Shown piece by piece: positions 35,215-46,472 of a stretch of 64,000 bases of DNA. This DNA comes from Naegleria gruberi. Lineage: Eukaryota. The notes under the pieces are model-generated. The model did not search any database. It was not told the DNA's origin and was given only the letters and a program-made list of their open reading frames with translations. Position numbers and translations under genes: made by a program. Each line of letters opens with the position of its first letter. The stretch's first letter is position 1. The stretch is taken from NCBI GenBank assembly GCA_000004985.1, contig GG738876.1; one strand, written 5' to 3'.

Positions 35215-35623
35215 TTGGTTTTTTCTAAATGAATGTTGTGCTGGTGTGGTGTGAGTGTGAATGCACTTCTAGGAGAATTGGAGAGGATTTGGATTTACAG
35301 TAAAATGCACAAAATTCTAATGGACAGATTTGGTTTCGAAATCTGTGTTATTGTTGGAGTGAGTGTTAGTGATGATACAAAGATCAGTCAGTTGATATTC
35401 TTTTGATATTCTTTTTTACTTGGAGAAAGAAGAATGGGATTCGAATGCATCTTTTTGAACAACGGTGAGCAGTTGTTGTCATCTGTTTTCGTGTGACAGT
35501 TATTAATAATCCAATTGCCAAATGAGATTTATTTCATTACCTGTAACTGAATGAAATGAGTAATGATATAAAGGATGATAATCATTGATAAAAAGGGTAA
35601 ATTCATTCTAAATCATATCAGGG

Positions 35624-35678
35624 CGATAGCTAGTCCATTTCAGGATTAATACCATATCAATAGAATGGCTAGCTATCT
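35624..35678. other. Imperfect 14-bp stem hairpin (gcgatagctagtccatt ... aatggctagctatc) about 40-90 nt downstream of the delta-tubulin stop, on its 3' side.
   Basis: The reverse complement of the right arm, gatagctagccatt, matches the left arm gatagctag(t)ccatt with one bulged nt. Confidence 0.4.
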
Positions 35679-35714
35679 CTTTGTTCCAACTTTCTAAAAT
35701 ATCCGCAATTAATA

Positions 35715-37106
35715 TTACATATGTTGATAATCGTACAATATTTGCTCTGTTCTCATAAACATCTCTTCCATTTCTACCTTTCCAACATGGTGTTTCTCGT
35801 AGTGGTGAGTGTACGCCTTTGCATTAAACATTTGGAATGCTTTGGAAATTACCTTATCTAATTGAGGCACAATTGACTGACAATTACTCATTAAGAATGC
35901 AGTTTTCTCAAATCCATTAAATCCTGCTGGATTCTCATTAATATTAATTTTCATAGCTTCCCTTGGATTGATGTAGGATGAGTAAATTTTACTGTTGAAA
36001 AATGGATTGACAAGTTCTGCTTGGATTCCTCCAACTTCTTTTCCTCTCAAAATCATTAAATTGGTTATTGATTTGTTGATCATTGAGTCCCATCTTCTAT
36101 CAGATAAATTCACTTTCCAATTAATACATTCCTCAATAGGAGCATCCGCAATAAGCATTTGATGTAAATGCTTCATTAATCCTTCCCATCTAAAAACACT
36201 ATAATCTTTGCTTTTTGCTGACATGTGTGGTATTATTCTCGAATTTATAATCTTGTAAGCTGGATGCGAGCAAAGGTGTTGGATTGGATCATACAATAGT
36301 TGGCATGCATTATCAGCACAAGTAATTGGAGAGCTAGGTAAAGCTAAGCAACTCATATGGTCAGCAATGACAGTATTCATGTCATTGAATGAAGGACTTT
36401 CTATTCCCATCAATCTTTTACAAGTTAAAAACAATTGGTCATTTTTGAAACAGTAAATACTATCAGAAATTTCATATAATTTCTGTAGTGTGAGCAGAGT
36501 ATTATAATTCTGTACAATGACTTCTCCTGCCTCGTGAGGCCAAACAACTTGGTTCATGAGTAATGAATGAGGAAATTCATCTCTCAAAGTTTGAGAAATA
36601 TGACAACCCATTCCAGAACCAGTTCCACCAGCCATACTTTGCAGAAGAACAAATCCTGATAAACAATCACACAACTCTGCTTCCTTTCTCACTTTTTCCA
36701 AAATTGAATCTCCACAATTAGGTCCATGTACATTAAATCCATATGCCCAATTATTAGCACTTCCTGATTGTTGATGATAAACATTATTTGTATCATATTC
36801 AAATAATTGATTTTCATGCTTCCGATTTGCTGTATTCAATGTATTGTGTATTACTTTCGGTTCCATATCAATCAATAAGGCTCTTGCAATCATTGGATCG
36901 GAAGGATTTTTTGTATTGGGTCTAAAGAAACAATCCATAGCAGAGTCTCCGAAAGGTAAATAACGTTCCTCATTCACTACAAACTTGTCCCCAGCAACAA
37001 CTCTATTCAATCTATTTTGTATGAGTTGGGATGATAAATTCTGAAAAAACGAAAGCCCAACTTGATTACCACATTGGCCAATTTGGAGTGTTATCACATT
37101 GCTCAT
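35715..37106 (-). CDS. TUBD: Delta-tubulin.
   Basis: '[17 protein letters not shown]' (tubulin GQCGNQ). '[56 protein letters not shown]' is near-identical in pattern to delta-tubulin '[56 protein letters not shown]'. Confidence 0.85.
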   Translation of the reverse strand: [463 protein letters not shown]

Positions 37107-37178
37107 ATTTTTTTTTAAATTATTTAGTAAAAGAATTTACAATTTTGTATTTTGAAATTAAGAATTAAGAATTTTTTA

Positions 37179-38279
37179 TTAATTAAATATTAAGAGTTTT
37201 AATAGCCTCTTGATTTTATGATTTTTTAAAAATTCATGAGCTAGTAATTTTAATTCATTAAAACTTTTACAACTTTGATTAAAAATAATAATAGAAGAAA
37301 ATAAACCAATAAATTGTTGTTCCATAAATGAATCATGACCAAAATAAATATCCATCTCAGTTTGTAAATAACTATCATCATTACATAAAAGTAATTCATT
37401 ATCAATAAAAGATAAATCAAAATAATATTCAACTCCATTTAATAGACACAATATTTCTCTATTATTATTATTATTATTATTAATTATTAAATGTTTATAA
37501 ATAAATCTCCGAGGTTCAATAGATTCAATGATGGATTTTGGATTATTATTATAGGATATCCAAATATCATTCCATTCACCTTCTTTTAATGGATTAAATG
37601 AAGTATTATTATTATTAAATGAATTAATTAAATTATTATTATTTAAATTATTATCATCATTTAAATTATTAATTGCATGATTAAATGATATATTATTATT
37701 AAATGAAAAATAATCTTTTGAATTATTTAATGTAATTGAATCTATATCAAGTTTAAACCATTTACTTCCTCTTCCAAAACATAGAATACATTGACCACTT
37801 CCTCTTTCAATAAATAATCTTAATAATATTGTAAATCCAGTATAATTAAATAAATGTTCAGGTGCAACTATGGGTCCAACTTTAGGTCGATAAGTTGAAT
37901 ATTCTCCATCAAGTATTGAACCAATTTCTGGATGAATAAATTCTTCATTTTGATAAATATAGGATCTGTAATCAATTCGTTGTTGATCTGTTGTGTGATA
38001 TTTTAATGATTTTGGATATTCATGTAATAGACTATTATTGGAATGTTTAGGAGAATCAATAAATAAATTAAAATCTGAACTATTCACATCAGTTAGTAAT
38101 GATTGAAACCAAAAATTCATTTCACTATGTTTTTTAGATAGCTTTTCTTTTAATCCTGTTGATAATGGATTCATTGTTGATTCGGAATGATGAAAATCAA
38201 TTAATATTAAATTGACCATTTTTTTTGATTGATGAAATTGAAACATCAAAAGTAATGAACATGATAAGTGCATTATCAA
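37179..38279 (-). CDS. Hypothetical N-rich protein.
   Basis: ORF only. Confidence 0.3.
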   Translation of the reverse strand: MIMHLSCSLLLMFQFHQSKKMVNLILIDFHHSESTMNPLSTGLKEKLSKKHSEMNFWFQSLLTDVNSSDFNLFIDSPKHSNNSLLHEYPKSLKYHTTDQQRIDYRSYIYQNEEFIHPEIGSILDGEYSTYRPKVGPIVAPEHLFNYTGFTILLRLFIERGSGQCILCFGRGSKWFKLDIDSITLNNSKDYFSFNNNISFNHAINNLNDDNNLNNNNLINSFNNNNTSFNPLKEGEWNDIWISYNNNPKSIIESIEPRRFIYKHLIINNNNNNNREILCLLNGVEYYFDLSFIDNELLLCNDDSYLQTEMDIYFGHDSFMEQQFIGLFSSIIIFNQSCKSFNELKLLAHEFLKNHKIKRLLKLLIFN

Positions 38280-38472
38280 TATGTAATAAAGTGTAGTTTA
38301 ACAGCATTACAATTTGTAGTATAACCTCAACGATTTCCAAAATAAAATCTTTGTAAAAGTGATTTTTTTCCACTATTTACTGTACAATAGAATTAGGCAA
38401 GTATTTTTGTAAAAAACATCTTCTGGGACATGTGTTAGAAACCACAAAAAAATATTGCCACACTCTTGATCT

Positions 38473-40139
38473 GTGCACATCAAACATTTGACGAAGAAAA
38501 TGTGGGGACAAAGGAAAAAACCTGCTGCTGTTGAAAAAGCCAAGCCAATCCAAGTGAATCCAATTCATGCCGACAAGATTGTTCGACAAATTATTGCCAA
38601 ACACAATTGGCATGGTAAAATTGATAGAATGGATATTGTGAAGAAGTGGGAGAAGGAGAGTATGGACTCTGGCATTTCCAAATCTAGTTTTCTTGTGGCT
38701 ATGGATATTTTGAAAGATATCAAGGAGCTTTCACACACTCAAAAATCATGTTGTGGACACTGTGGTGCCACTCCTAAAAAGAGAGCATACACAGATCACA
38801 ATAGTGATAATGATGTGGATGAGAATGAAACTCTATTCGAAACAGCCAAGAAGAGGGATAAACCTGCTTCTGATCTTGAAGAACCAAAAAAGAAAAAGAA
38901 ATCTGAAGATGATGACGAAAATGACGAAGATGATGAAGATGATGAGGCATATTATTGGAGAAGTACCAAATTCTGTTTGTGTCCATGTGCTCATTGTGCA
39001 TTTGAAGAGAAACAAGTTGGTTTGAACATTTGTCACCAACAAGAAGATCTCATTCCAAAAGAATTAGCAGAAAGAGTCAAGAAACAATTTAGTGAATTGG
39101 TTGAGAATATTCCAGAGGATAAATATGATTGGCATCCTGGATCAAACCAACAGGTTTTGGATATTATTCATCCATCTCTCTATTGCTACTCTAAAAAGCA
39201 TAGCAAATTCAATGGAAAGTTTGAGGATGCAAAACAATTGGAGAAACAAATGGAAACAGCGAAAGTTGAAACACAATGGTTACCAACTGATTTTGAGATC
39301 CAAGAAAATGGAAAAGTCAAACCATTATCATATATTAACAATGTTGATCCAAAAAGTCAGAAAGAATTACAAGAAACCATTTGTGATGTATTGTCACGTT
39401 TCATTGAACCTGTCAAACAATTTATTCCAAAACTTAATGAAAAGAAGGTTCAAGTTATCATTAAGGCTGCTAATGTAATTGTTACACCTGAACAAGGTTT
39501 CTATCCAGGTGGTACATGGCACACTGAAGGTGACAGTGAGAATATTCTTGCCACTGGTATTTACTATTACGAATGTGAAAATGTGAAGGAAAGTGTATTG
39601 GAATTCAGAGCTTCATTGGATGAAGAGAATTTCTATGATATTGAACAGGATGGTGTTGAACAGGCCTGGAATGAATATGGTGTAAGTATTATTATTTCTT
39701 TGGATAATAACAAGTATTTCTATAGATTCATGACGGTGATCTTTTGCTTAAACATTTGGGTGGTGTAAAAACAACTGAAGGTAAATGCATTGTTTTCCCA
39801 AATCAACATCAACACAGAGTGAAGCATTTCTTCCCAAAGGATGCAACTAAGAATGCTGTTAGAAAAATCCTCGTCTTTTTCTTTGTTGATCCAAAAAAGC
39901 CAATAGTTTCTACATCTAACATTGATAATCAGAGAAGAGATGTAGCCATTTCAAGTGCTCTTCCACTTGCTAAGAAGATTACTTTCCCTGTTTTAATTGA
40001 ACATGTAATTCCATTCCTACCATTGATGACTAGAAAACAAGCTGAAGAGGAACGTGTCAAACTAATGGATCATAGAAAATTTAAAAGATCTAAGGATAAT
40101 GAAGAAGTGGAAAGACCTTTCTCGTTGTGTGAACATTAA
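38473..40139 (+). CDS. DUF4246-family protein, possibly with a 2OG-Fe(II)-oxygenase-like fold. Two exons with an intron at 39682..39725.
   Basis: 'GFYPGGTWHTEGDSENILATGIYYYE...EFRASLDEE' and 'KCIVFPNQHQHRV' resemble the conserved DUF4246 core (wHvEG...; cvvFPN..QHRV). An acidic K/D/E insert is present. GTAAGT..TATAG intron in phase. Confidence 0.5.
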
Positions 40140-40176
40140 CCTCCAACCAATTGACTTGAATGGAAATAAAAATCAT

Positions 40177-41634
40177 TTATTTACCTTCCATTTTGCTTTT
40201 CCAAGTATTAAGCCACATTTGCTTTAAATCCTTTTCTTGTTCTTCATTCGTTATCAAAATTGGATCACCATGAGCCATAACTACACCATTCCACTTCAGA
40301 TTTGTAATAAATTCCAAGCTTTTTTGAATCTTGTCACGTTCTGTGAATAATTTATCATCCACAAACGGAATATTCATTGTGTCTGCAAAATTAAAGAAAC
40401 GTGAATATTTGATGACGTAAGGCTCTAATTCTGGTTGCCTCAATCTGATAATTGCCTTTTCACGATTATTTTCATCTATTCTTTGATTTCCTTTGAGATT
40501 CATCATTAAATCACAAGAAACAATAAATCCAGATTTTCTATGATAAAGTAATGCCTCTTCAACACTAGTATCCAATCCTCTAAATCTAATAATATCAAAA
40601 TGACGAGAAACTAAATCCACAACTGGCTTTCTCAAATCCTTGGCCTGTTCCTTCTTTGAAACTCCAGCAAATCTTCCAAATTCCATAAATAATTCTGGAT
40701 CAATATTTACAACAGTATCTACTGAAATTTCCTTTCTAACAATCACATTCTTTCTTGCCTCCTCTTGGAATCTTTCCCTTGCATCCTTTTGACAAATGAA
40801 TAAAACTCTTGGTGCTGGAAGATTATCACGTGAAGGTTTGAAAACATATTCATAAAAGTAATCTCCAAAGAATTTGTGATGTTCATGATTTGGAAGGATA
40901 ACAACCATAGTATTTGATTTTGATTGACTGAGCAATCCATCCACATTCTTCTTTGTACTTTCATTCAAATGAGTTGGATTATAAACAACTATTAAGTTAG
41001 CATCCTTTTCTTCAACCTTTGCAATAAAACTATTACTGGAAATTGCCACCAAATCAGACATGCAAAAGTGATGTCTATTTGTATAGAGAGCATACTCTTC
41101 ATCATTACTTCCTTCCGAGCTTGTTAATAATTTCAAAGCACCATCATTAGCACTTTCATCAATCATTTCATGATATTTGGTATATTGTAATAAAAATCCA
41201 GTTGCCACAGCAAAGCAAATAGCAACATTCAACATTACTTTTGATTTTGGTCTTGGCTCTGCTTTTTCATTAGAATCCGATGATGATGATGATGAATTTT
41301 CCTCCTTCTTTTTCTGTGAATCTGAAGCCTTAAATTTCATAGGCTTTGTTGGAGTAGCTCCAACTCCTGTTCCTTTTAATAATACTCCTCCTCTTCCTGG
41401 TGAATTTCCATAGTTTGCTGCCCTATCCAAACTAGTATTATTACTTCCGTTAGATGCTGCTGTTGTTGATGATGATGGAGAATTTCTATTCAATAAATTA
41501 GAATGAAAACAATTCTTCTTATTAAAATTCGGAATGATGGATTGGATTACTAAATTATTTTGCTTTTTTCCAATCGGAGTGGAAATCAATGATTTTTTAG
41601 CAGCAGTACAACAATTATTCAAACATCGATGCAT
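40177..41634 (-). CDS. Hypothetical type-II membrane-anchored protein with an S-rich N-terminus, one TM (VMLNVAICFAVATGFLL) and a ~330-aa globular domain.
   Basis: ORF and hydrophobicity only. Confidence 0.35.
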   Translation of the reverse strand: MHRCLNNCCTAAKKSLISTPIGKKQNNLVIQSIIPNFNKKNCFHSNLLNRNSPSSSTTAASNGSNNTSLDRAANYGNSPGRGGVLLKGTGVGATPTKPMKFKASDSQKKKEENSSSSSSDSNEKAEPRPKSKVMLNVAICFAVATGFLLQYTKYHEMIDESANDGALKLLTSSEGSNDEEYALYTNRHHFCMSDLVAISSNSFIAKVEEKDANLIVVYNPTHLNESTKKNVDGLLSQSKSNTMVVILPNHEHHKFFGDYFYEYVFKPSRDNLPAPRVLFICQKDARERFQEEARKNVIVRKEISVDTVVNIDPELFMEFGRFAGVSKKEQAKDLRKPVVDLVSRHFDIIRFRGLDTSVEEALLYHRKSGFIVSCDLMMNLKGNQRIDENNREKAIIRLRQPELEPYVIKYSRFFNFADTMNIPFVDDKLFTERDKIQKSLEFITNLKWNGVVMAHGDPILITNEEQEKDLKQMWLNTWKSKMEGK

Positions 41635-41790
41635 TTTTTTCTTCTTTTTCTCATCACTATTTAAATATTTTACAGTGTTAAATATATTGCTTAAATACAG
41701 TATTGGTTCTCAATAAGGAAACACTAATCCATCGAGTAATGTTATCTTTAATACAATTTCTCTAAAACTCCCCTAAAACGCGTAAAAAAA

Positions 41791-43602
41791 ATGTCCACAT
41801 TCTCCTCAACACTTTTCATTACTAGTTTTTCATCGACCTTTGAAGTCATTGTCGAATGTTCGATAGGTTTTATATTGACCAAATTGGGATTCATCAGTGC
41901 CGATAATGTTAGATTCCTATCCAAGATGTGGTTTAATTTATTTATTCCTTGTTTGTTTTTCAAGGATATGTCCACTTCCTTTTCTCTGGATTTACTTCAG
42001 AAATTATATTTAATTTTATTGTTTGGAGTGGTGAATCAAATTTTAGCAGTTGTGGTTGGGAAATTAGTGTTTAATAAGTGGACATTTAGGATTCTATTCG
42101 GACCTATTCGTTTTGTGTTGATGAAGGTTTTGAGCTTGTTCGGAAAGAGGAGTCAATTTGTTGAAAATATGGATAAGATGTCCAAGTGTGAAACTGATAT
42201 GTATACTGTGAGTTTCTTTTGCCATAATTCAGTATCATTGCCTTTGGTTTATTTGAGTGCATTGTGTTACTTGTCGACAACTTCTAGTGGAGGAGGAAAT
42301 TCATCTCATTCTCTCGATTTTATGAATTTAGCAACCGATTCAATGATGATTACTAGTACCAATGGAACTGTTGTGGATAATACTCCTGCATTTTACAAAT
42401 TAACATATTCGGAGGCTTATGAAAGGTCTATAACAGCTTTGAGTATTTTCATTGTTCCTGTTGAAATTATGTTTTACACTTTGGGAAGTTATGTATATAG
42501 CCATGGAGCTGAACAAATGAGAAAACAAATGAATGAACAATTGGAAAATCCAGAACCAACCACTACAGAAATGGTTTCAAATTTTGTAAATTTACATGAA
42601 GGAAATGAATCTGTTGTAGTTGCCAGTGAGGAACATCCTCAATCTTACAAACCAGAATTTAGTGAGGAAACCTTGCATCTCCAAGAGGAAGAAACTCCAT
42701 CTATTGAAGAAATGGAACCTGCCAACAATAATGAATCATCAATTAATCAAGAGAATTCTCCAATTGTTGAATCATCCACAACAGGAAATCAATCCAAATT
42801 ACACAAATTCAAAACCATTTCAAAGAATGTACTACTCTTCCTGTGGTTTAATATTATTTTGAATCCACCACTCACTGCCATCTTCCTTGCTTGCCTTATT
42901 TCAGTAATTAGTACTGATGTGAAAGATTTCCTTATTATTAATCCTCCACCTTTTGTTTCTACCATCAAACATCTTTGTTCTGTATTTGGTCAATCTGTTG
43001 CTCCTACATCTCTATTAATTTTAGGTGCAAATATTGCCGCTCAGGCATCTCCTCATGTGTTTGATGACGAAAAGAAAGATGACGATATTTCAAGCACAAC
43101 CAGTACTGAATCTTTGGATTTACAAGAAGTTGAAGTCATCCCAGTAGGTGAACGTATTAAGAGAAAGGTTTATCAAATTGGTCGTAAACTTAGAAGATTA
43201 TGTTTAGGATTCTTTTATGGAGTATTGAATACTTTCAAGATTAGAAAGTTGAATCCTGTTGCTCTCTTTTTCTCAATTATTATCAAACTTATAGTTTTCC
43301 CATTGCTTGGGGTTGGTTTAATGTACTTGACCAGAAGCTTATTCACAGATGCATTTGCCAATATTGATGACCCATTATTCTTTTTAGTTACATTGTTGCA
43401 ATTTGCAACACCACCAGCTATTGCTATTACAGCTCTTAGTAGTGTAAATGATAATTATGGTCAAGGAGAAACTTGCGAAATATTGTTATGGAGCTACCTT
43501 ATCACACCATTGACACTATCTCTATTTTGTTCATGGTTCTTGAAACTTTCATGTGAGTTGATTGTTAATCCGGAAGATGCCATGAGAGTGTGTAATATGT
43601 AA
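41791..43602 (+). CDS. Auxin-efflux-carrier family (Mem_trans/PF03547) membrane transporter.
   Basis: N-terminal 'VECSIGFILTKLGFISADNVRFLSKMWFNLFIPCLFF' and C-terminal 'LLQFATPPAIAITALSSVNDNY' resemble both halves of Mem_trans. There are about 10 hydrophobic segments with a hydrophilic central loop. Confidence 0.6.
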   Translation: MSTFSSTLFITSFSSTFEVIVECSIGFILTKLGFISADNVRFLSKMWFNLFIPCLFFKDMSTSFSLDLLQKLYLILLFGVVNQILAVVVGKLVFNKWTFRILFGPIRFVLMKVLSLFGKRSQFVENMDKMSKCETDMYTVSFFCHNSVSLPLVYLSALCYLSTTSSGGGNSSHSLDFMNLATDSMMITSTNGTVVDNTPAFYKLTYSEAYERSITALSIFIVPVEIMFYTLGSYVYSHGAEQMRKQMNEQLENPEPTTTEMVSNFVNLHEGNESVVVASEEHPQSYKPEFSEETLHLQEEETPSIEEMEPANNNESSINQENSPIVESSTTGNQSKLHKFKTISKNVLLFLWFNIILNPPLTAIFLACLISVISTDVKDFLIINPPPFVSTIKHLCSVFGQSVAPTSLLILGANIAAQASPHVFDDEKKDDDISSTTSTESLDLQEVEVIPVGERIKRKVYQIGRKLRRLCLGFFYGVLNTFKIRKLNPVALFFSIIIKLIVFPLLGVGLMYLTRSLFTDAFANIDDPLFFLVTLLQFATPPAIAITALSSVNDNYGQGETCEILLWSYLITPLTLSLFCSWFLKLSCELIVNPEDAMRVCNM

Positions 43603-43651
43603 TTACAATTTTGCAGAGAATAAATTTTGAAACGGATAAAACTTTGACAAT

Positions 43652-44324
43652 TTACTTCTTTTCGAATAGTGTTTCACACTCAGCAGCAGTACAACAACAC
43701 AGAGCATTACAATAATTACAAACTAATCCACATTCAATATAGTAATTTCTCCAAGCATTTGGTCTGACCTTAATAACACGATGATTTGGACCATTCGATT
43801 GAGAAAGGGGTAAAGCTCCTCCACTTTCAGTCCAAACCTGAGTAATGAACCCCTTAGTATTTGAATCAGCTTTCAAAACTTGAGATTCCGACCATGAATG
43901 CATCTTTTTTCCAATACCCTTTCTTTGGAATTTTGGATGAACTGTTATAGCTTCACAAAAACCCAGCTCATCAAGAGGATATGAATATTCATGAGGTAAA
44001 AATTCCAAATAATAAATGTCACTATTTTTCCATTCATATTGTCAGGAATATTGTGGAAAATTCAAATCCTTACCTTGGTTGCCACATTTTAGGTGCATAG
44101 AAAATGTGAAATCCAACAGCTTGTCCATCAAATTCCTTCAATTCCTCTGTTTCATTTTCATTCCAATGATAAACAGCAACACACGATGTGACAATTCCCG
44201 ATGGTGTTGTTGAATGAGCCAATTTATCAGGTAAATCCTCTTCAAATCCGAAACCAATTTTAAATAATTCATCAACTTTTGGAAAATGTTTTTCCTCTAA
44301 CGCAACAATTTTAATTACTTCCAT
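43652..44324 (-). CDS. GNAT-family N-acetyltransferase with a Cys-rich C-terminal tail. Two exons with a 62-nt intron at 44012..44073.
   Basis: 'CEAITVHPKFQRKGIGKKMH' is the GNAT motif A (Q/R-x-x-G-x-G/A). GTAAGG donor and ATAG acceptor are in phase. Confidence 0.6.
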
Positions 44325-44593
44325 CCTTTGATATTATTTAAATTATTTCTTGTGTGAATGAAAATGCAATAGTGTGAGAATCCTCTTGTTAATATTTTTT
44401 TTGAAGATTCTCCCAAACTTTCAGTTTTTGGTAATTGTTAAAGCTCCCCACAGATTACAATTCCCATAAAATATTTTCAATATTTTAATTATCTTTTGAA
44501 TTACTGTAAATTGGAGATTTAATTCGAATATTTGGTTTTGCAATTTAATTCTGAACTAATAAGATTGTCAATATACGATAGAGTACAATAAAT

Positions 44594-45640
44594 TTATAGC
44601 TGTGAGAGATGGAGAGCTCCTTTGATTCCTGCATGTTCACCATAAACAGAAGGCTTAATAATATTCTTGATACTTTCATTATTTATCATAACGTGATATC
44701 CATTCAATAGTTGAACTGTCTTTTCTCTAATCTTATCAAAGAGGATGCTTCTATTCATGATACCACCACCCATGACAATAACTTGACATGAGGAAATTAA
44801 AATTAAATTGACACACAAGTGTGCAAGATAGTGAGCTTCAATGTCCCAAATTTCATCATCATCAGATATGCTCTTTACATCATGAATGGAAATATTTCTT
44901 CTCTTTACAATTGAAGGTGAAGCTGCCTGTTAGAGTTTTATCATAATTCAATATTCCAAATTCTAATATCACTAACTTACCATTCCTTCCAAGCATCCTT
45001 CAGTGTGGAATGTACAAAATCCCTTAAAACCAGTTTCCATATCTCTTGGATGAAGTGGTGTATAAATATGTCCTGCCTCTGGATGCATCAAACCACTCAC
45101 TGTTGATCCATTAATTACCAATCCAACTCCAATTCCAGTACCAATTGTAACATATGCCAATGATTTAATTCCAGAACCTTTAACAAGTTGATATTCAGCC
45201 ATAGCTGGTCCATTAACATCAGTATCAAATTGAACATGTTTAACTTGTGGAAATTCTCTCTTGAAATACTCGACAATATTAAAACTTCTCCATGAAACTT
45301 TTGGAGTGGAAGGTAAAATACATCCAACATTCACATCAATAGGTCCGAAATTTGCAATTCCAATTCTCTTGATAATTCCACCCAATTCTGATTCCTTTTT
45401 AATGAGAAATTGTTTAATTGGTTCCATTGTCTCGTCTACAGTTTTAGTTTCCGTAATAAAAACATTTTCCATTGCATGTTCAATATTTAATCCAATAGCA
45501 ACCTTATATGAAGTACCTCTTTATATAACATTAGTATTCAAAGTAAATTAATTGATGATGATCAAGTTTACTGTAAATATTTAAAAATGATCAAAAGACA
45601 ACAAACCCTCCTTCAATTCCTACAATCAATTCGTTAGACA
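44594..45640 (-). CDS. ROK-family sugar kinase (N-acetylhexosamine kinase/glucokinase-like). Multi-exon (at least four).
   Basis: N-terminal exon 'MSNELIVGIEGG', then 'AYVTIGTGIGVGLVINGSTVSGLMHPEAGHI', then the C-terminal 'IVMGGGI'. These are the ROK signature elements. Confidence 0.7.
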
Positions 45641-45834
45641 TTTTTTTGATTGTTGCAATGAAGATGATTATTCATCTATCAAAGCAAACAACCAAAAACA
45701 TTCAAGTTATTATTATTATTATTATTGAAAATTGTTTATTTACACTCGGAAGCGAATTCTAAACGGATTATCATACAATAATCACAAAATGATCAAAGCC
45801 TTGGTTGTATTGATTGCAACAATGGAACCAAAAT

Positions 45835-46140
45835 TTAATCCTTCAACAATTGAGCAATGACATCGTGAGTGGAGGATGAGTTAGCCATAGCTGGACATCT
45901 ATTTTCCAAACCTTGAATGTGACCAACCTTTTCCTTCAAAGTCTTGAGGGTATGGATTTGAGTGAATGGACAACCGTGATTAGAGAATGCAGGACAGCCA
46001 GAGACAATTTGACCATGGTTTTCAATAAAGACCTTCTTTTCATCAGCAGTGAATGGGCATTCCTTAGCTTGTTCTTCTTCTGTTAATGAGAGGTGAGTCT
46101 TGAGTTTCAAAAGGACTTGTTCAATAGTTGGGGCAGACAT
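45835..46140 (-). CDS. Small (101 aa) protein with three Cys-Pro motifs (CPFT, GCPAF, GCPFT) plus 'RCPA'.
   Basis: ORF only. Motif spacing seen directly. Confidence 0.4.
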   Translation of the reverse strand: MSAPTIEQVLLKLKTHLSLTEEEQAKECPFTADEKKVFIENHGQIVSGCPAFSNHGCPFTQIHTLKTLKEKVGHIQGLENRCPAMANSSSTHDVIAQLLKD

Positions 46141-46472
46141 TGTTAGTTGATGTGTTGTTGTTGTTTTTTTGTTGTTGGTGAAGATCTTGAGTGATGTAAG
46201 ACGCGTTTTGAAGTGCTCTGAACAAAGACCAAAATAAAAAACAAATCACCGGATTGGTTGGAGCTTTACAACAAAAAAACCGACCAATCCGGAATTTTGT
46301 ATTTTTTACAAGATTCTGAATGTGTTTTGGTCCAAATAGACTTTGGATATCTAGTTATGTTTGATAGTGTGTGAGTTGCATCTACAGTGAATTTGTAGAT
46401 TCCAGCATTATGTAGTGTACGAATTGTTTTGAATCTGGATTTTTGATACAATGTATATTTTACAAAGATGTT

